In this document: piece after piece, positions 46,067-62,971 of the stretch
How the letters are laid out: the number at the start of each line of letters is the position of its first letter
How positions within the stretch are numbered: the first letter of the stretch is position 1
Assembly (NCBI GenBank): GCA_964016885.1
Contig: OZ024757.1
Location: 29,512,001-29,576,000, forward strand
Source of the DNA: Eledone cirrhosa
Lineage: Eukaryota
DNA: 64,000 nucleotides
Reading direction: 5' to 3'
The notes under the pieces: generated by a model
What the model saw: only the letters and a program-made list of their open reading frames with translations
What the model was told of the DNA's origin: nothing
Databases searched by the model: none
Made by a program: the position numbers and the translations under genes

Positions 46067-46305
46067 ACACATACATATATATATATACATATATATATAT
46101 ACACATACATATATATATACACATACATATATATATATATACATATATATACACATATATATATATATATACACATACATATATATATATACATATACAT
46201 ATATATACATACATATATATATATATATACATATATATACATACATACATATACATACATACATATATATATACATACATATATATATATACATATACAT
46301 ATATG

Positions 46306-46338
<33 letters not shown>

Positions 46339-46378
46339 ATACACATACATATATACATACATATATATATATATATAA
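44320..46378. repeat. Compound TA/TACA minisatellite
   Basis: About 2 kb; tacagata and tgcata variants give way to tacacatac variants. Confidence 0.95.
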
Positions 46379-46679
46379 AGTGAACGTGTCGATTACAATG
46401 GATTAGAATCTATGGGAACAATGGCTCAGAACAAATAATATGATACAAATGTGATAAACCTTTCAAGTTTGACTGAGCAACGCAACGAATAAAATACCAT
46501 CAAAGCCGTGTTTATAAAACAAATAGTTTCTTTACAATGTCTCATAGAAGTGCTGTGAAACAGACAGAGTGATTTTCCACATAGAGATAGAATTACTATG
46601 TAGTCAGTTATATTAGCAGTTGCACTAACATAGCGTGGTTAATAATTGTTTCTACACCAGTATTTAACAGGCATCCTCA

Positions 46680-46790
46680 GATGGACTGGAGTGTTATCCA
46701 AGGGGAGAGTCTTGTACACTAAGTCGCTTCATGCTATGGAACAGAGATAAGCGCCGGCCTAACGAACCTTTTGGCTTAAGACATACGTTA
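46680..46790 (+). mobile_element. Old SINE body/3' fragment
   Basis: gatggactgg..tccaagggga..agtcgcttcatgcta.ggaac.gagataagc.ccggcct resembles conserved metazoan SINE central/3' domains (from recall). Confidence 0.4.
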
Positions 46791-46878
46791 GATTAGACTT
46801 CTAGATATAATAACATAAATGTTCAGCATATATGTACAATTGACATACAGGTTAAACGCATTAGTAACTTTGGAGAAA

Positions 46879-47027
46879 TACCGTCCACGAGGACGCACCC
46901 TAATGTTGACAACCAAAAATTTGAAAAAAAAAATAATATACAACCTTCGGGCTCTAGAACGCATGGTAGATTTGTTAGACTAATTTCAGGAAAAAAATTG
47001 GCGACTTCGACGCCAGGAAATACGGTA
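46879..47027. mobile_element. pogo/Tigger-type MITE relic
   Basis: TA|CCGT..gacgcacc ... gaaaTACGG|TA termini. Confidence 0.55.
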
Positions 47028-47240
47028 TCTAATTTCTGAGTTGGGAGATAAAGGATGAGAGATAAAGTTGATTTGAACTCAGAACGGTTGGTGTCAATCT
47101 GCCACCGTCAATAATAATTATTATTTTTTTTATTTTTTGTACAAGATCAGAAATTTAATGATATATATATTTAAATATATACATTTTAAAAAAAAACGGG
47201 CATTATTTAAACCCGACATCAACCTGACAATGTGTGAGTA

Positions 47241-47550
47241 TATAGATGACTAGGGAGTTGAGACTCCCTAGTCATCTATAAAATATGGGACTGGAAATAA
47301 AATATGGGGCTGGAATGCCTAAGAAAAAATTTGCAGAACAGATTTCATGGTAAAAACCAACTGGCAGGAAACCCAGATGTAGACAACAAGCATGCTGGAT
47401 ATCCATGGCTATCCGTATGGTAAAATTGTCTTGCTTGAGCAAATAAGCGGATCGGATCATTTGGGGATGATTGCTTTTGAATTTCAGAAACCTCAGGAAG
47501 GCGTGTCTGAGAATTCTACCCACCTCCCCTAGAGCGAAGAAGAAGAAGAT
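47241..47550 (+). mobile_element. RTE-like LINE 3' fragment capped by a perfect 18-bp hairpin
   Basis: Hairpin 47241-47280; downstream KPTGRKPRCRQQACW resembles P.G.RPRGRP...W; ends (GAA)n. Confidence 0.55.
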
Positions 47551-47749
47551 GTTTAAATGCAAAGGACACGGGGTGAATCACTACAACGACACCTAAGAAC
47601 GCAATCAAGACTTAAGAATCCCTAAATGTGTCTACTTAGGGTGCTTATCAGATGCTTAAGAATACATAATCAGCAAAAAAATCCTGTAAAAGGTGTTTTC
47701 GTGTAAAAGTATCGTTCTTTTTTAATGAAATTATACATATGTACACACC

Positions 47750-48031
<282 letters not shown>

Positions 48032-48035
<4 letters not shown>

Positions 48036-48156
48036 GAGTCAGGACTCCGACGGACTCCTGACTGTTTTCCTATTACCCTCTCTACTACCCTAAGTATCGA
48101 GTACTCTGGTGCGTTATGGTCCACCTGGTTGGTTATTGGTTACCACACGTTCTTTG

Positions 48157-48190
<34 letters not shown>

Positions 48191-48225
48191 CAAAATAAGT
48201 GTGGGAAGGAAACAGATGGACCATA
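48032..48225 (+). mobile_element. Repeat P2 with short 5' fold-back, plus an inverted 3'-end fragment at 48189-48224
   Basis: agtcagga..tcctgact hairpin, then homology to 2101-2186; aacagatggaccata beyond the TA run is the reverse complement of the P2 3' part. Confidence 0.7.
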
Positions 48226-48286
48226 TATGTCTATGTGTGTATGTATATTTACACATATATATGTGATGTGAGTGTGTGTGTATGTA

Positions 48287-48350
<64 letters not shown>

Positions 48351-48402
48351 TTACATATATTTACACCCACGCACACGCGCACACTTACACAAACACACAC
48401 AC

Positions 48403-48453
<51 letters not shown>

Positions 48454-48744
48454 TCGCTGAGTATATCATTTTATAGTTATATATATTTCGCTATCAGTTG
48501 ATAAATTTTACGTTGTTCAGTTTTTTTCTTTTAATATATACAGTATTGCTAAATTCAATTAAAGATAGCATCCACTTTGCTGCAGACATTATTCTTTTTT
48601 TTGTTTGCGTGTGTTTATAAGTTTGTTAATAGTAGATAAGTTTGTTGTTATTTTAGTTGTTGTTTCGAGGTTTTATGAACTAAAAATGAACATTTATACA
48701 ATTTTTGAAACAGCATAGATTTTTAGTGGAAAAACGTAATTTAA

Positions 48745-50732
<1,988 letters not shown>

Positions 50733-51872
50733 TAACTTTGAATAACTTTGAAATGTTTTGGCCAGTATTGGCCCAGGCCATGTCTAACTTAATAGCACCA
50801 CCTGGCGAAGTCTTTCAATTCAGGATTTGGGCACCATGGCCCATTCGAGAAGAGAATTACTGTTTGCGGAGACATATCCGGGTGTGGGTGGTTTGTCCGG
50901 AATTACTTGGAGGAATTTGTCCAAAGACTTCTTGAATTTTGTGTGGTCAGTTTCTGTTTTGACGTGTCCTGGTGTGATGTTGAAGAGAGCAGGGCCGATT
51001 GAGGTGAAATAATTGTGCCGTATTGTTGTTATGAGTTGCGATTTAGATTTTTGAATGGGACGGATAGCACGGGGCCCAAGCCTTGGGTGTATCTTGAAGG
51101 CGATGCCAACATCATTTGGGCAGTGATGATGGAACATTTTCCACATCATGCAGATAATATAACGCTCACGGCGACGTTGGAGTGAGTAAAGTTTCAGGTT
51201 TTCTAATCGACCCCAGTAGTCAAGGTCTGACATGCCATCTATCTTTTTCGTGATTGCCCTTTGAGGAGCTTCAAGTTTCATGATACTTTGTTTCGTGTGG
51301 GGAGACCACAGTGGACAACAGTATTCAAGGTGTGGTCGGGCAAAAGTAGAGAAGAGAAGGATAATGGTGCAGGAATCTCTCGACTGGAAGGTTCTGAGGA
51401 TCCAGGAACACATTCTGCGGACGATGTCAACTTTGCTGCTTATATGCGTGGTCCAGCTTATGTTGCTGTCCACGGTTACTCCCAAGTCTCTGATGTTGTT
51501 GGATGCCACGAGAGTTTCCCCGGAGGGAAGGGAGTACGGGAGTTTCAGAGCATTCTCTTTTCCAAAGTGGATCAGTTCGAATTTGTCTTCGTTCAGTAAC
51601 ATGTTGTCCTTTTCCGCCCATTGGGTAACAGCCAGTAGGTATGACTGAAGGCTTATCCGGTCATCCACGCCATTGATGACCTTTTGGAGCTTGGAATCAT
51701 CAGCGAAAATTTTAATGTTGCTGTGTTTGATGATGTCAGTGATGTCATTAATATAGATGATGAAGAGAAGTGAGCCCAACACAGTGCCTTGTGGGACCCC
51801 ACTACTGACTTTGGCTGGGCTGGATTTGACTCCCTCAACTACAACATGTTGGGTTCTGTTTGACAGGAAGCT

Positions 51873-51875
<3 letters not shown>
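50733..51875 (-). mobile_element. CR1-type LINE, 5'-truncated, with uninterrupted ORF2 C-terminal ~350 codons (stop at 50820)
   Basis: [67 protein letters not shown]. 3'UTR stem-loop GGCCA-atac-TGGCC; tail (TTCAAAGTTA)2 then (TA)n. Confidence 0.95.
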
Positions 51876-51917
<42 letters not shown>

Positions 51918-52135
51918 TATATACATATATATATATACATATATATATATACATATATATATACATACATATATATATACATACGTATATATATACATAC
52001 ATATATATATATATACATACATATATATATATATATACATATATACATACATATATATATACATACATATATATATACATACATATATATACATATATAT
52101 ATATATATACATACATATATATATATACATACATA

Positions 52136-52190
<55 letters not shown>

Positions 52191-52460
52191 ACATACATAT
52201 ATATATATACATACATATATATATATACATATATATATATACATACATATATATATACATACATATATATATACATACATACATATATATATACATACAT
52301 ATATATATACATACATATATATATATATATACATACATCTATATATATACATACATCTATATACATACATATATATATACATACATATATATATACATAT
52401 ATATATATATACATACATATATATATACATATATATATATATACATACATATATATATAC

Positions 52461-52491
<31 letters not shown>

Positions 52492-52599
52492 CATACATAT
52501 ATATATATACATACATATATATATATATACATACATATATATATACATACATACATATATATATACATACATACATATATATATACATACATATATATA

Positions 52600-52639
<40 letters not shown>

Positions 52640-53281
52640 CATACATATATATATATATACATATATATACACATATATATATACATATATACATACATAT
52701 ATATACACATATATATACACATATATATATACATATATATATACATATATATATACATATATATATATACATATATACATACATATATATATATATACAT
52801 ATATACATACATATATATACATATATACATACATATATATATACATATATACATACATATATATATATACATGTATATACATATGTATACGTATATATAT
52901 ATACATATATATATACATATGTATACGTATATATATATACATATATATATACATATGTATACGTATATATATACACATATATATATATACATATATATAT
53001 ATGTATACATATATATATACATATATACATACATATATATATATACATACATATATATATGTATACATACATACATACATACAAACATACATACACATAT
53101 ATATATATATACATAGTGACGAAACGAAAGTCAATTGCATGAACTCATAATCCTTTATTTACTGCTATATATATTTCGATGATAGCCATTGATATATATA
53201 TATATATACATATCTATATATACATATATACTTATACATATATACACATATATATATACACATATATATATATATATACTC

Positions 53282-53330
<49 letters not shown>

Positions 53331-53367
53331 CATACATATATATATATGCATACATATATATATATAC

Positions 53368-53400
<33 letters not shown>

Positions 53401-53845
53401 CATACATATATATATACATACATATATATATATGCATACATATATATATATGCATACATATATATATATACATGCATATATATATACATACATATATATA
53501 TACATACATATATATATATATATATACATACATATATATATATACATATATATATACATACATATATATATATACATACATATATATATACATACATATA
53601 TATATACATACATATATATATACATACATATATATATACATACATATATATATATATACATACATATATATATATATACATACATATATATATACGTATA
53701 CATATGTATATATATATGTATATAAATATACACAGATATACATATATATATATATATTACATATATATATATATGTGTATGTATGTAAAAGGTAAACAGA
53801 AATAACAACACAATGTATGTACATACGTATGGATACACATATATG

Positions 53846-53885
<40 letters not shown>
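51876..53885. repeat. Compound TA/TACA microsatellite
   Basis: About 2 kb with short islands near 53115-53190 and 53790-53835. Confidence 0.95.
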
Positions 53886-53889
<4 letters not shown>

Positions 53890-54451
53890 GTGTGTGCGCA
53901 TATTAATGTCAGTATACATATATATACACATAAAGAGAGGTGTGGGTAATGGAATAGTGAACTTAACGCAAGCAGCCATAATCACGGATGTTGATGGGAA
54001 CATATATATTAATTGAAATTACAGGGCTTTTGCTAAAAAGTCATTAACGTTAATGAATATTCACTTTGAATGTGTCTAGGGAGTGAATTCCCGAACATTT
54101 CAATATTCCGATCAAGCAAATATTTGTTTCACTGGAGGATGTGTACGGCGTCGAGGGCGAGAATTTTGGCAAACATGTTAACAACATATTTAGCGAGGTT
54201 GTTGATATAAGATAACAGTAACCAAATTCAGAGCGTTGTTTAATTTAATGCTACTCAAATCTGACAACGTTGTTGACTCCAGGGACTGTCTAGTTGGCTC
54301 GTGACGGAAATGGTTTATTATGATTGGTAGTTTCTATGTTCACCTACTACCATGTTGATGAAATGAGACCAAGTTATTATGTTCACCCATTACCACGTTA
54401 CCACTTTGATGAAATAAGACCATTCAATTAATTTTACCTTTGTTTGAATTT

Positions 54452-55105
54452 CTGATCAACTGAGTTAAAATGTTATCACACATTTCAAAAGAATTTCTAG
54501 CCTTAGAACTACTTGATTCCGATTCAAACGTCTTGATAAACCACGTGAAAGTATTACCACACATATCAAGAGAATTTTGAAACTAAAAACTACTTGATTC
54601 CGATTCAAATGTTTTGACTAACCAAGTGAAACGTCTTAATCGACCGAGTCAAACGTCTTGATCAATCGAGTCAAACGTCTTGATCAACCAAATCAAAAGT
54701 CTTGATCAACCGAGTCAAAAGTCTTGATCAACCGAGTCAAACGTCTTGATCAACCGAGTCAAACGTCTTGATCAACCAAATCAAAAGTCTTGATCAACCG
54801 AGTCAAACGTCTTGATCAACCAAATCAAAAGTCTTGATCAACCGAGTCAAACGTCTTGATCAACCAAATCAAAAGTCTTGATCAACCGAGTCAAACGTCT
54901 TGATCAACCAAATCAAAAGTCTTGATCAACCGAGTCAAACGTCTTGATCAACCAAATCAAAAGTCTTGATCAACCGAGTCAAACGTCTTGATCAAATACA
55001 TCAAACTGTTACCACACATATCAAGAGAATTTCGAACGTAAAGACTACTTGATTCCGACACAAATAGCTTCATCAACCGCGTCAAAATGTTATCACACAT
55101 ATCCA
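54452..55105. repeat. 81-bp tandem repeat with a nested 17 x 22-bp minisatellite (54614-54987)
   Basis: 81-bp units start at 54452, 54533, 54988 and 55069 (partial); 22-mers ttgatcaaccgagtcaaacgtc and ttgatcaaccaaatcaaaagtc. Confidence 0.92.
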
Positions 55106-55377
55106 AAGATAACTACAATTTGATTACAAATTTAGATATCGTAAATCGATGAAGATATCGTTACTTCAATGATATCACATTTTACATTAATTTACTTACT
55201 AAAATAGAAAGGTGGAATCGCCCCAATATCTGTAATTGAACACTTGTCAAGTAGAATACAGAAATCAATCAAAGCGACAAAAATAAAGATGAAGTGTCAC
55301 CCATTATCGATATTCTTTGAAGCATGCAGTTTTTTTATTCGATTATAGGAATACCACAAAAATATAATTAGCACCTC

Positions 55378-55418
<41 letters not shown>

Positions 55419-55673
55419 TGCATAGAAATGCACACACACACATATATATATACACACATACACACACACTATATATATATTATAAATTTACATACATACA
55501 TGTCTAAAAATACACATGTACATACATACACACACATATATATATATACACGTATATATGTACATTTACTCATATGTACATATACATTATATATACATAT
55601 TCACATATGCATACATATACACATATACGTGCATATACATTATATATAGATATGCAGATATCGTTACATTTAC

Positions 55674-55720
<47 letters not shown>

Positions 55721-56067
55721 AAAGCCACAGAGTGAATGAGAGGAAGCGGAAAGAGTATATACACGTAATTAGCATTTTTTAATGCAGTTTTACATTTAAA
55801 CTTTCACATTTCGTCTTATCTAATTTTCCAGAAATGCACAAATCACAAAATTTAATCAATACTTTTTCACCTTCTATGCCACCAATCAAGGTTTCTTATC
55901 AGTCACGTTCATTTCAAATAATTAAAATAAGTGTTTTGTTATCATGGGACGATTAAATCAAATATATATGTCTCCAAAGATCATAGTAACATACAGAACC
56001 ACAGCGCAAATAGCACTTATAATTAGTAGTAATAATAGTTAGTAATAATTCTAACTACACCTTTCTT

Positions 56068-56375
56068 TAAAGGTGATGGATTACCAGAAATATTAATGTC
56101 GAACTACATAAATGTTTAGCGGTATTTATTTCGGTTCTATGTGTTCTGATTTCGAATCCCTCCGTGGTTAACTTTGCCTTTCATCCTTACAGGATCGATA
56201 AAATAAATATTAGTGACGCACTGGGGTTAATTTAATCGACTTTCCTTCCCACAAACTTGTAGGCCCTATACCTAAATCAGAAATCAGTACTATTTTTGGA
56301 TTGGCAGAATCAGTAGAACGTCGGACATGCTTCGTGGCAAAGAGTTATGCTCCTTTCGTTCTGAATTCAAATCAT
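56068..56375 (+). mobile_element. Old long-form SINE S1 plus tandem S1 head
   Basis: Diverged A/B boxes, conserved core and gcactggggttaatttaatcgactttcc segment. Confidence 0.8.
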
Positions 56376-56728
56376 GTCAGACCAAGAGAAACCCTACTGA
56401 GTTTTTAAAAACGATATTCAACTATGATATCGAGATTGCCAAATTCTCACTCTCAGAAACATGTATTCAACTCTGAATAGCTGAAAATCAACTGTAGGCT
56501 CTTGCAAATAAATACATTGTTTTACTAACTGTCAGTCTATTAATTCTTATTAATCACATGCATTGTCTACCTTCTATCCATTCTAATCTCCCCTACATTC
56601 TCACAAACATGAAGATTTCGTAATTTTCACTCAAGAGGTTTCTATTTCTCTCTCACCGTGTCCCAGGATGCCAAATAAGTGAAAATTGGTAGAGAGATAT
56701 TGCGTGGAAAACATCGTTCACATTTCTC

Positions 56729-57161
56729 ATTGGCAGTATCGGTAGAGGGACGCACGCCATGCTTTGTTATAGAGTTACGGTCATTTACGGTCTGAGTTGA
56801 AATCCCACCGAGGTTAGCTTTGCCTTTCATCCTTACAGAATTGATAAAATAAAGTACCAGTAACACACTGGGATCGATTTAATACAATGTCCCATCCCAC
56901 AAAATTGCTGGCAGTGTATCTGAATCAGAAACCATTATTATTAATATAACGTTGCCGGTGGATTGGCAGTATCGGTAGAGGGTCGGACGCCATGCGTTGC
57001 AGCATAGAGTTACGACCTTTGCCATTCTGAGTTCAAAACCCGCCGAGGTTAACTTTGCCTTTCATCCTTACGGGGTCGATAAAATAAAGTACCAGTAATG
57101 TATTGAGTATTTGCTGGCCTTGTGCCAAAAGTAGAAACAATTATTATTAATATAACGTTGC
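56729..57161 (+). mobile_element. Long-form SINE S1 followed by a short-form S1 with target-site duplication
   Basis: attattattaatataacgttgc at 56934-56955 and 57140-57161 brackets the second copy. Confidence 0.92.
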
Positions 57162-57514
57162 ATTTGTGTCGCTTTTTAAAAAAGTTTCCAGATATGATAA
57201 AACAAAATATTCGATACCAGTAATTTATTTGTGTCTTTTCAATCAATTATGCCTCCACGCAGAGCAAACAAAAGAGAAAATAAGATCAAAACAAAACCAA
57301 TGATTTTGCCCTGGTTCAAATATAGAAATCTATTTATTTAACCATCAATTAAATTTTATGAACGACAGCAGCTGTTGCAAGAGCAGAATTAAGAGAAGGA
57401 GTAATAACAACAACAACACAACAGCAACAACAACAACAAAGCCCAAGCAGTAAATATCATTGCAATCAATTCGGAATTCTGATCATTTTAAAATGCGTGA
57501 ATATATAAATAAAT

Positions 57515-57550
<36 letters not shown>

Positions 57551-57678
57551 TCGTATATATGTAAATATAAACACGCATACATATACAAACATATGCATAC
57601 ATGCATACATACATACATATAGACATACATATATATGTAAATAAATATATACCTACATATATACATACATACTTATGT

Positions 57679-57718
<40 letters not shown>

Positions 57719-58290
57719 CAACGAAATTATATATATATGTCAACGAAACTATATATGTATACATACATTTATACATACATACATACTGACACACATATAC
57801 ATACATACCCACATACATACTGACACACATACAAACACACATACATATATATACGCACATACATATATACATACATATACACATATACACATACATTCAA
57901 ACACATATATATATATACACACACACATACATACATACATACATACATACATACATACATACATACATACATACATACATACATACATACATACGTGAAA
58001 TAGATAAATATATATGTATATATATATAACACAAACGAAATGCGCCTGTAACCTATTTCTTGGAAATATATATAATTGACAACTAAATATACGCACAAAC
58101 AAACTCCCATGCACCTGCATGTACACACACACATATACAAACACACACACGTGCACATACATTATATATTACTATTCTGATGAAAATATGCACTTATAAA
58201 TTGGGAAACAAATATATTTTCTTAAAGTATTGCAATAATGTGTGGGTGCATATATATATATACATATATACATATATATATATATGTGTG

Positions 58291-58354
<64 letters not shown>

Positions 58355-58442
58355 GTCATGCATACATATATGTACATTTGTTAGAATGGATACATAAAAG
58401 CAACGCACATTATACAGGTGTGTGCGTGTCTATAGCATATAT

Positions 58443-58474
<32 letters not shown>

Positions 58475-59369
58475 TTATATACTTACACACATTTATATAT
58501 ATATGTATATATATATATAAATATATACATACTTACACACACACACACATATATGTATATATATGTATATATATATATATAGATATGTATATATGTATGT
58601 ATGTATAAATATATACATACTTACACACACACATGTATGTATATATATGTATATATATATATAGATATGTATGTATATAAATATATACATACTTATCACA
58701 CACACACACACATACATATATATCTATATATATATGTATGTATGCCTATACATATATATATATATAATTGGCTACTCACACACTGAAATGCGCATTCCTA
58801 GACACAAATGAAATATGAATACATATATACACATGCACACATATATATGCATAAATACATCCATAAGAGGCATACATACGATTAAACAAAAACATGCCAT
58901 TTATGTATAATTGCATACATCCACATTTGCAGAAATTTATATGTATATACATGCTTTCATCCTTCAATATATTATGTATATTTAGTATTTTCTTGTATTC
59001 ACTGCATCAGATAATATATTAGAATGAAAGAGTACACTTGCACGCGGTTTGTCGATCTTTTAATATTAGCAGCTAAATTTACATAAAATATTATACCTCT
59101 GGGGGCTTGTGGTCCTTAGTATCACACTGTCTCTAATAGCACAGCTCATCTACTTTACTAACATATAAACACACATACACACGCATATACTTACATGGAA
59201 TGGGTCTCCGCTCCGCCAACTTCTACGATGAGTGTTGCAGTTGTTTACGCACCATAATATTCTGCTCGTGAAATGAAAACGTAACTAACTGATCAGTCCA
59301 GAAACCCGTATACGAATTGAGAAACGTCAGGTCCTTTGATTTACAGGCACAGTCATGAGAGCATACTTA

Positions 59370-59655
59370 AAGAGAAGGCCAGCAATTTGGGGAAAAGGAA
59401 AAGGGAAAGTCAATTATATCGACCCCAGTACTTAAAAGGTACTTAATTTTATGGATTCCAAAAGGAAGAGATTTAAAGTTGACCTCGGTGAATTTTGAAC
59501 TCTCTGAATGAATGGCTCTTTACCGAAGCTGCCAATCCGCCACTCTCATTAATAATAATGCTTTCATTTTTTTTTTTTTTGCTACAATTTGAAGGGAAGG
59601 GAAAGTCGATTAAATCAACCCCATTGCATTACTGGTCTTTTATTTTATCGACTCA
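59370..59655 (-). mobile_element. Two old long-form S1 fragments
   Basis: aggccagcaattt..gggaaagtc.att..atcgaccccagta..aaagttgacctcgg..ctgccaatccgcc. Confidence 0.75.
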
Positions 59656-59659
59656 AAAA

Positions 59660-60095
59660 TACCTATCGGAGCACAAAAATCCACAACTAAACTGGTACAG
59701 TACTCTTTTGAATTCCGTGCAAAATCCACGAGTCATCGAATATTAATAAATGTATAACCAGCAAGTTTCGTACAATGGATTTCTCATCAGCTAGCAGTCC
59801 TATGAGGGATTTCCAAAAATCAACCTTACTGCTAAATGTTCACATCGGTGTCAGTATCCACAGGTATAGCATTAACTGATACTTGGTCAGCAAATGTTAT
59901 CCGCAGTGACTAACAGGCTAAGCTTGGCGGTAATGCTTAATATATCAGCATGACGTCACCAATATGTAGCACTGGACCATAATTTTAAAAAACATTTTGC
60001 CTGTTACTTATAATAATAAGGGCTTAGATCGATGTCAACAGATTTTTATCTCGTTATTTACAAATTGCTCAACAAATTCATTTTGAGTACAAGCA
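59660..60095 (-). mobile_element. Putative Penelope-like 3' end/pseudo-LTR with degenerate hammerhead
   Basis: Minus CTGATGA (59790-59784) ..14 nt.. GAAAC (59769-59765). Upstream frameshifted LLSN(C)K*RDKNLL resembles the PLE C-terminal EL.SKCRH.NK.LL motif. Confidence 0.4.
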
Positions 60096-60295
60096 TAAGA
60101 TTAGTTGTAATACACCATACCCAGCCAGAAAGCTGAGATACAAAAATAGTGTATCCTGCTAATTTAGCACACAATATATATATATATATGTGTGTGTGTG
60201 TATATATATATGTATATATATATAGAGAGAGAGATCAATAGAAAGATATATATAGAAAGAGAGAGAGACATATATATACATATATATATATATAC

Positions 60296-60378
<83 letters not shown>

Positions 60379-61024
60379 ATATTTGATGCCATATATTTCT
60401 TAAAATATGTTACTCACACTCTATTGATTCAAATATATATATAGATAGATAGATATATACATGTACATATTTATACATATATATATACATACATATATAC
60501 ATAATATATATATATACATATATATATATATTATATATACATGAAAGTGAAGTGAAAGGACAAACCAAACAATTTATTATCTTTCTTAACACAGTTTGGA
60601 TCGAGATGCTTCATATAGCATTACCTCATTAGCTAGAAGCAACGATGATGCAACGTTGTCAACTAGCGGAGCGCGGCAATTTATTCATTTATAATTAATA
60701 TAAAATTATTGATTATCTCACATATTTATTCACCTACTATATTTGATTTTATTTGTTGTTTAGTTCCTATTTTATTAACTATTTTTTCCTATCTTTTGGG
60801 GTCTTGTTTTTACTCGTTGGTATATCTCGAATTTGATTTCTTTGTCACTTTTAGTTCCTGATTTAATGAAGCTCCTAAGTTAATTTGCTTTCGGCTGAAG
60901 GAACGATACTATTCTTTTCTTTTGTGTAACGGTGTAGGTGTTTGTGGTTCTTAAGCGTGAGTATTAGTATCGGTATGTCTCCATGTATGTGCGTATGTTT
61001 ATACGTATGTGTGCGTGTATGTCC

Positions 61025-61082
61025 GTGTATATTTATATATATATATAGATATATATATATATACATAATATATATATACACG

Positions 61083-61122
<40 letters not shown>

Positions 61123-61131
61123 TATACACGT

Positions 61132-61167
<36 letters not shown>

Positions 61168-62415
61168 TATATATATATACGTATATATATGCATACATAT
61201 ATACATACAGATATATATATATATACATATATACATACAGATATATATATATATAAATATATACATACAGATATATATATATACATACATATATACATAC
61301 ATATATACATATATACATACATATATACATACATATATACATATATATACATACATATATACATATATACATATATATACATACATATATACATATATAC
61401 ATATATATACATACATATATACATATATACATATATATACATATATATACATACATACATATATATACATACATATATACATATATACATATATATACAT
61501 ATATATACATACATACATATATATACATACATATATACATACATATATACATATATATACATACATATATACATATATACATATATATACATACATATAT
61601 ACATATATATATACATACATATATACATATATATACATATATATATACATATACATACATACATACATACATATATACATACATACATACATATATATAT
61701 ATACATATATACATACATACATACATATATATATATACATATATACATACATACATACATATATACATACATACATACATATATATATACATATATACAT
61801 ACATACATATATATATATATACATACATATATATAGGTATATAATACATATATATATATAATACATATATATATACATACATATACATATATATACAAAT
61901 ATATACATACATATACATATATACATACATATACATACATACATATATACATATACATATATACATACATATACATATATATATATACATACATGCCTAT
62001 AAATACATATATATATATAAATATATGCAAATACATACATATATATACATTTATATATAAATATACATATATATATATATATATATATACATATATATAT
62101 AAAATATACATATATATATAAAATATACATATATATATAAAATATACATATATATATATATACATATATATACATATATATACATATAAATATATACATA
62201 TATAAATATATATACATACATGCATATATATATACGTGTGTGTATGTGAGCATTTGTTTGTATATATATATATGTATGCATGTATATATATATGTGTGTG
62301 TGTGGGTATGATTGTGGGTGTGTGTGTTGATGTGTGTGGGTGTGTCTGTGTGTGGGTGGGTGTGGGTGTGTGGGTGGGTGTGTGTGTGTGGGTGGGTGCA
62401 TATGTGTGTGTGTGT
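61025..62415. repeat. Compound TA/TACA/GT microsatellite
   Basis: tacatata and tacatacat units, ending in a GT/GGGT run. Confidence 0.95.
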
Positions 62416-62506
62416 TTTAAAACTAATTTCAAAGGAGATAGCACGTTCCTTTGTTGAAAAACTCCTTTGTTGAACACCAAAAATATCATCAAGTGATTTA
62501 TAATGA

Positions 62507-62704
62507 TTTCTTTATTAACCGCAAGGGTTTACATAAAGTAGACATTAAGGACAGTGCAGCACAATACAGGACGGTACAAATGGGCATTTCTGCGTGTTAA
62601 AAACAAAAACAGAGGATGTAACCAAAAAAATAACAATGAAAAATTCCCCTATAGGGGGGAGACTTCGGAGGGGCATTTGTGGAGAAAGCCCATTAAAAGG
62701 CCAC
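62507..62704 (-). mobile_element. Retroposed LINE 3'UTR fragment with 15-bp TSD (probably Tx1/L1-type)
   Basis: agtgatttataatga at 62492-62506 and 62705-62719; minus strand ends cccttgcggttAATAAAgaaa. Confidence 0.75.
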
Positions 62705-62971
62705 AGTGATTTATAATGAAAATGTTTAGCATATTTTGTAAAAAGACAGACAAGCCATGTGGAGAGAATCGTGAGGTGATTAACGACAAATTTGGTGTCC
62801 TGGGCGTGCTATGTCTTAATAAATTCTACTTTGGAAAATCCTAGCCGAATTTCACGAGGTTTTACATCTTCAGCAATTGTAAAATCGAAAACGGTGCCAT
62901 ACAATACTTCCATAATTAAAATTAATGGATTATTGTATAAAGTATCATGACGGTCTTTTTTAGCTGTTATT

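Noticed and set aside
44260-46406. Very long YI/HT/CV-repeat ORFs (up to ~700 aa here, and many others in the track)
   Set aside because: They are translations of stop-free TA/CA microsatellites, open in several frames on both strands, with no coding signal.
51876-53114. N-terminal ~410 aa of the 764-aa ORF as a repeat domain fused to RT
   Set aside because: It is flanking microsatellite that happens to be in frame with a 5'-truncated LINE.
54614-54987. CRISPR-like array
   Set aside because: The 22-bp units are contiguous with no unique spacers, there are no cas genes, and the context is eukaryotic.
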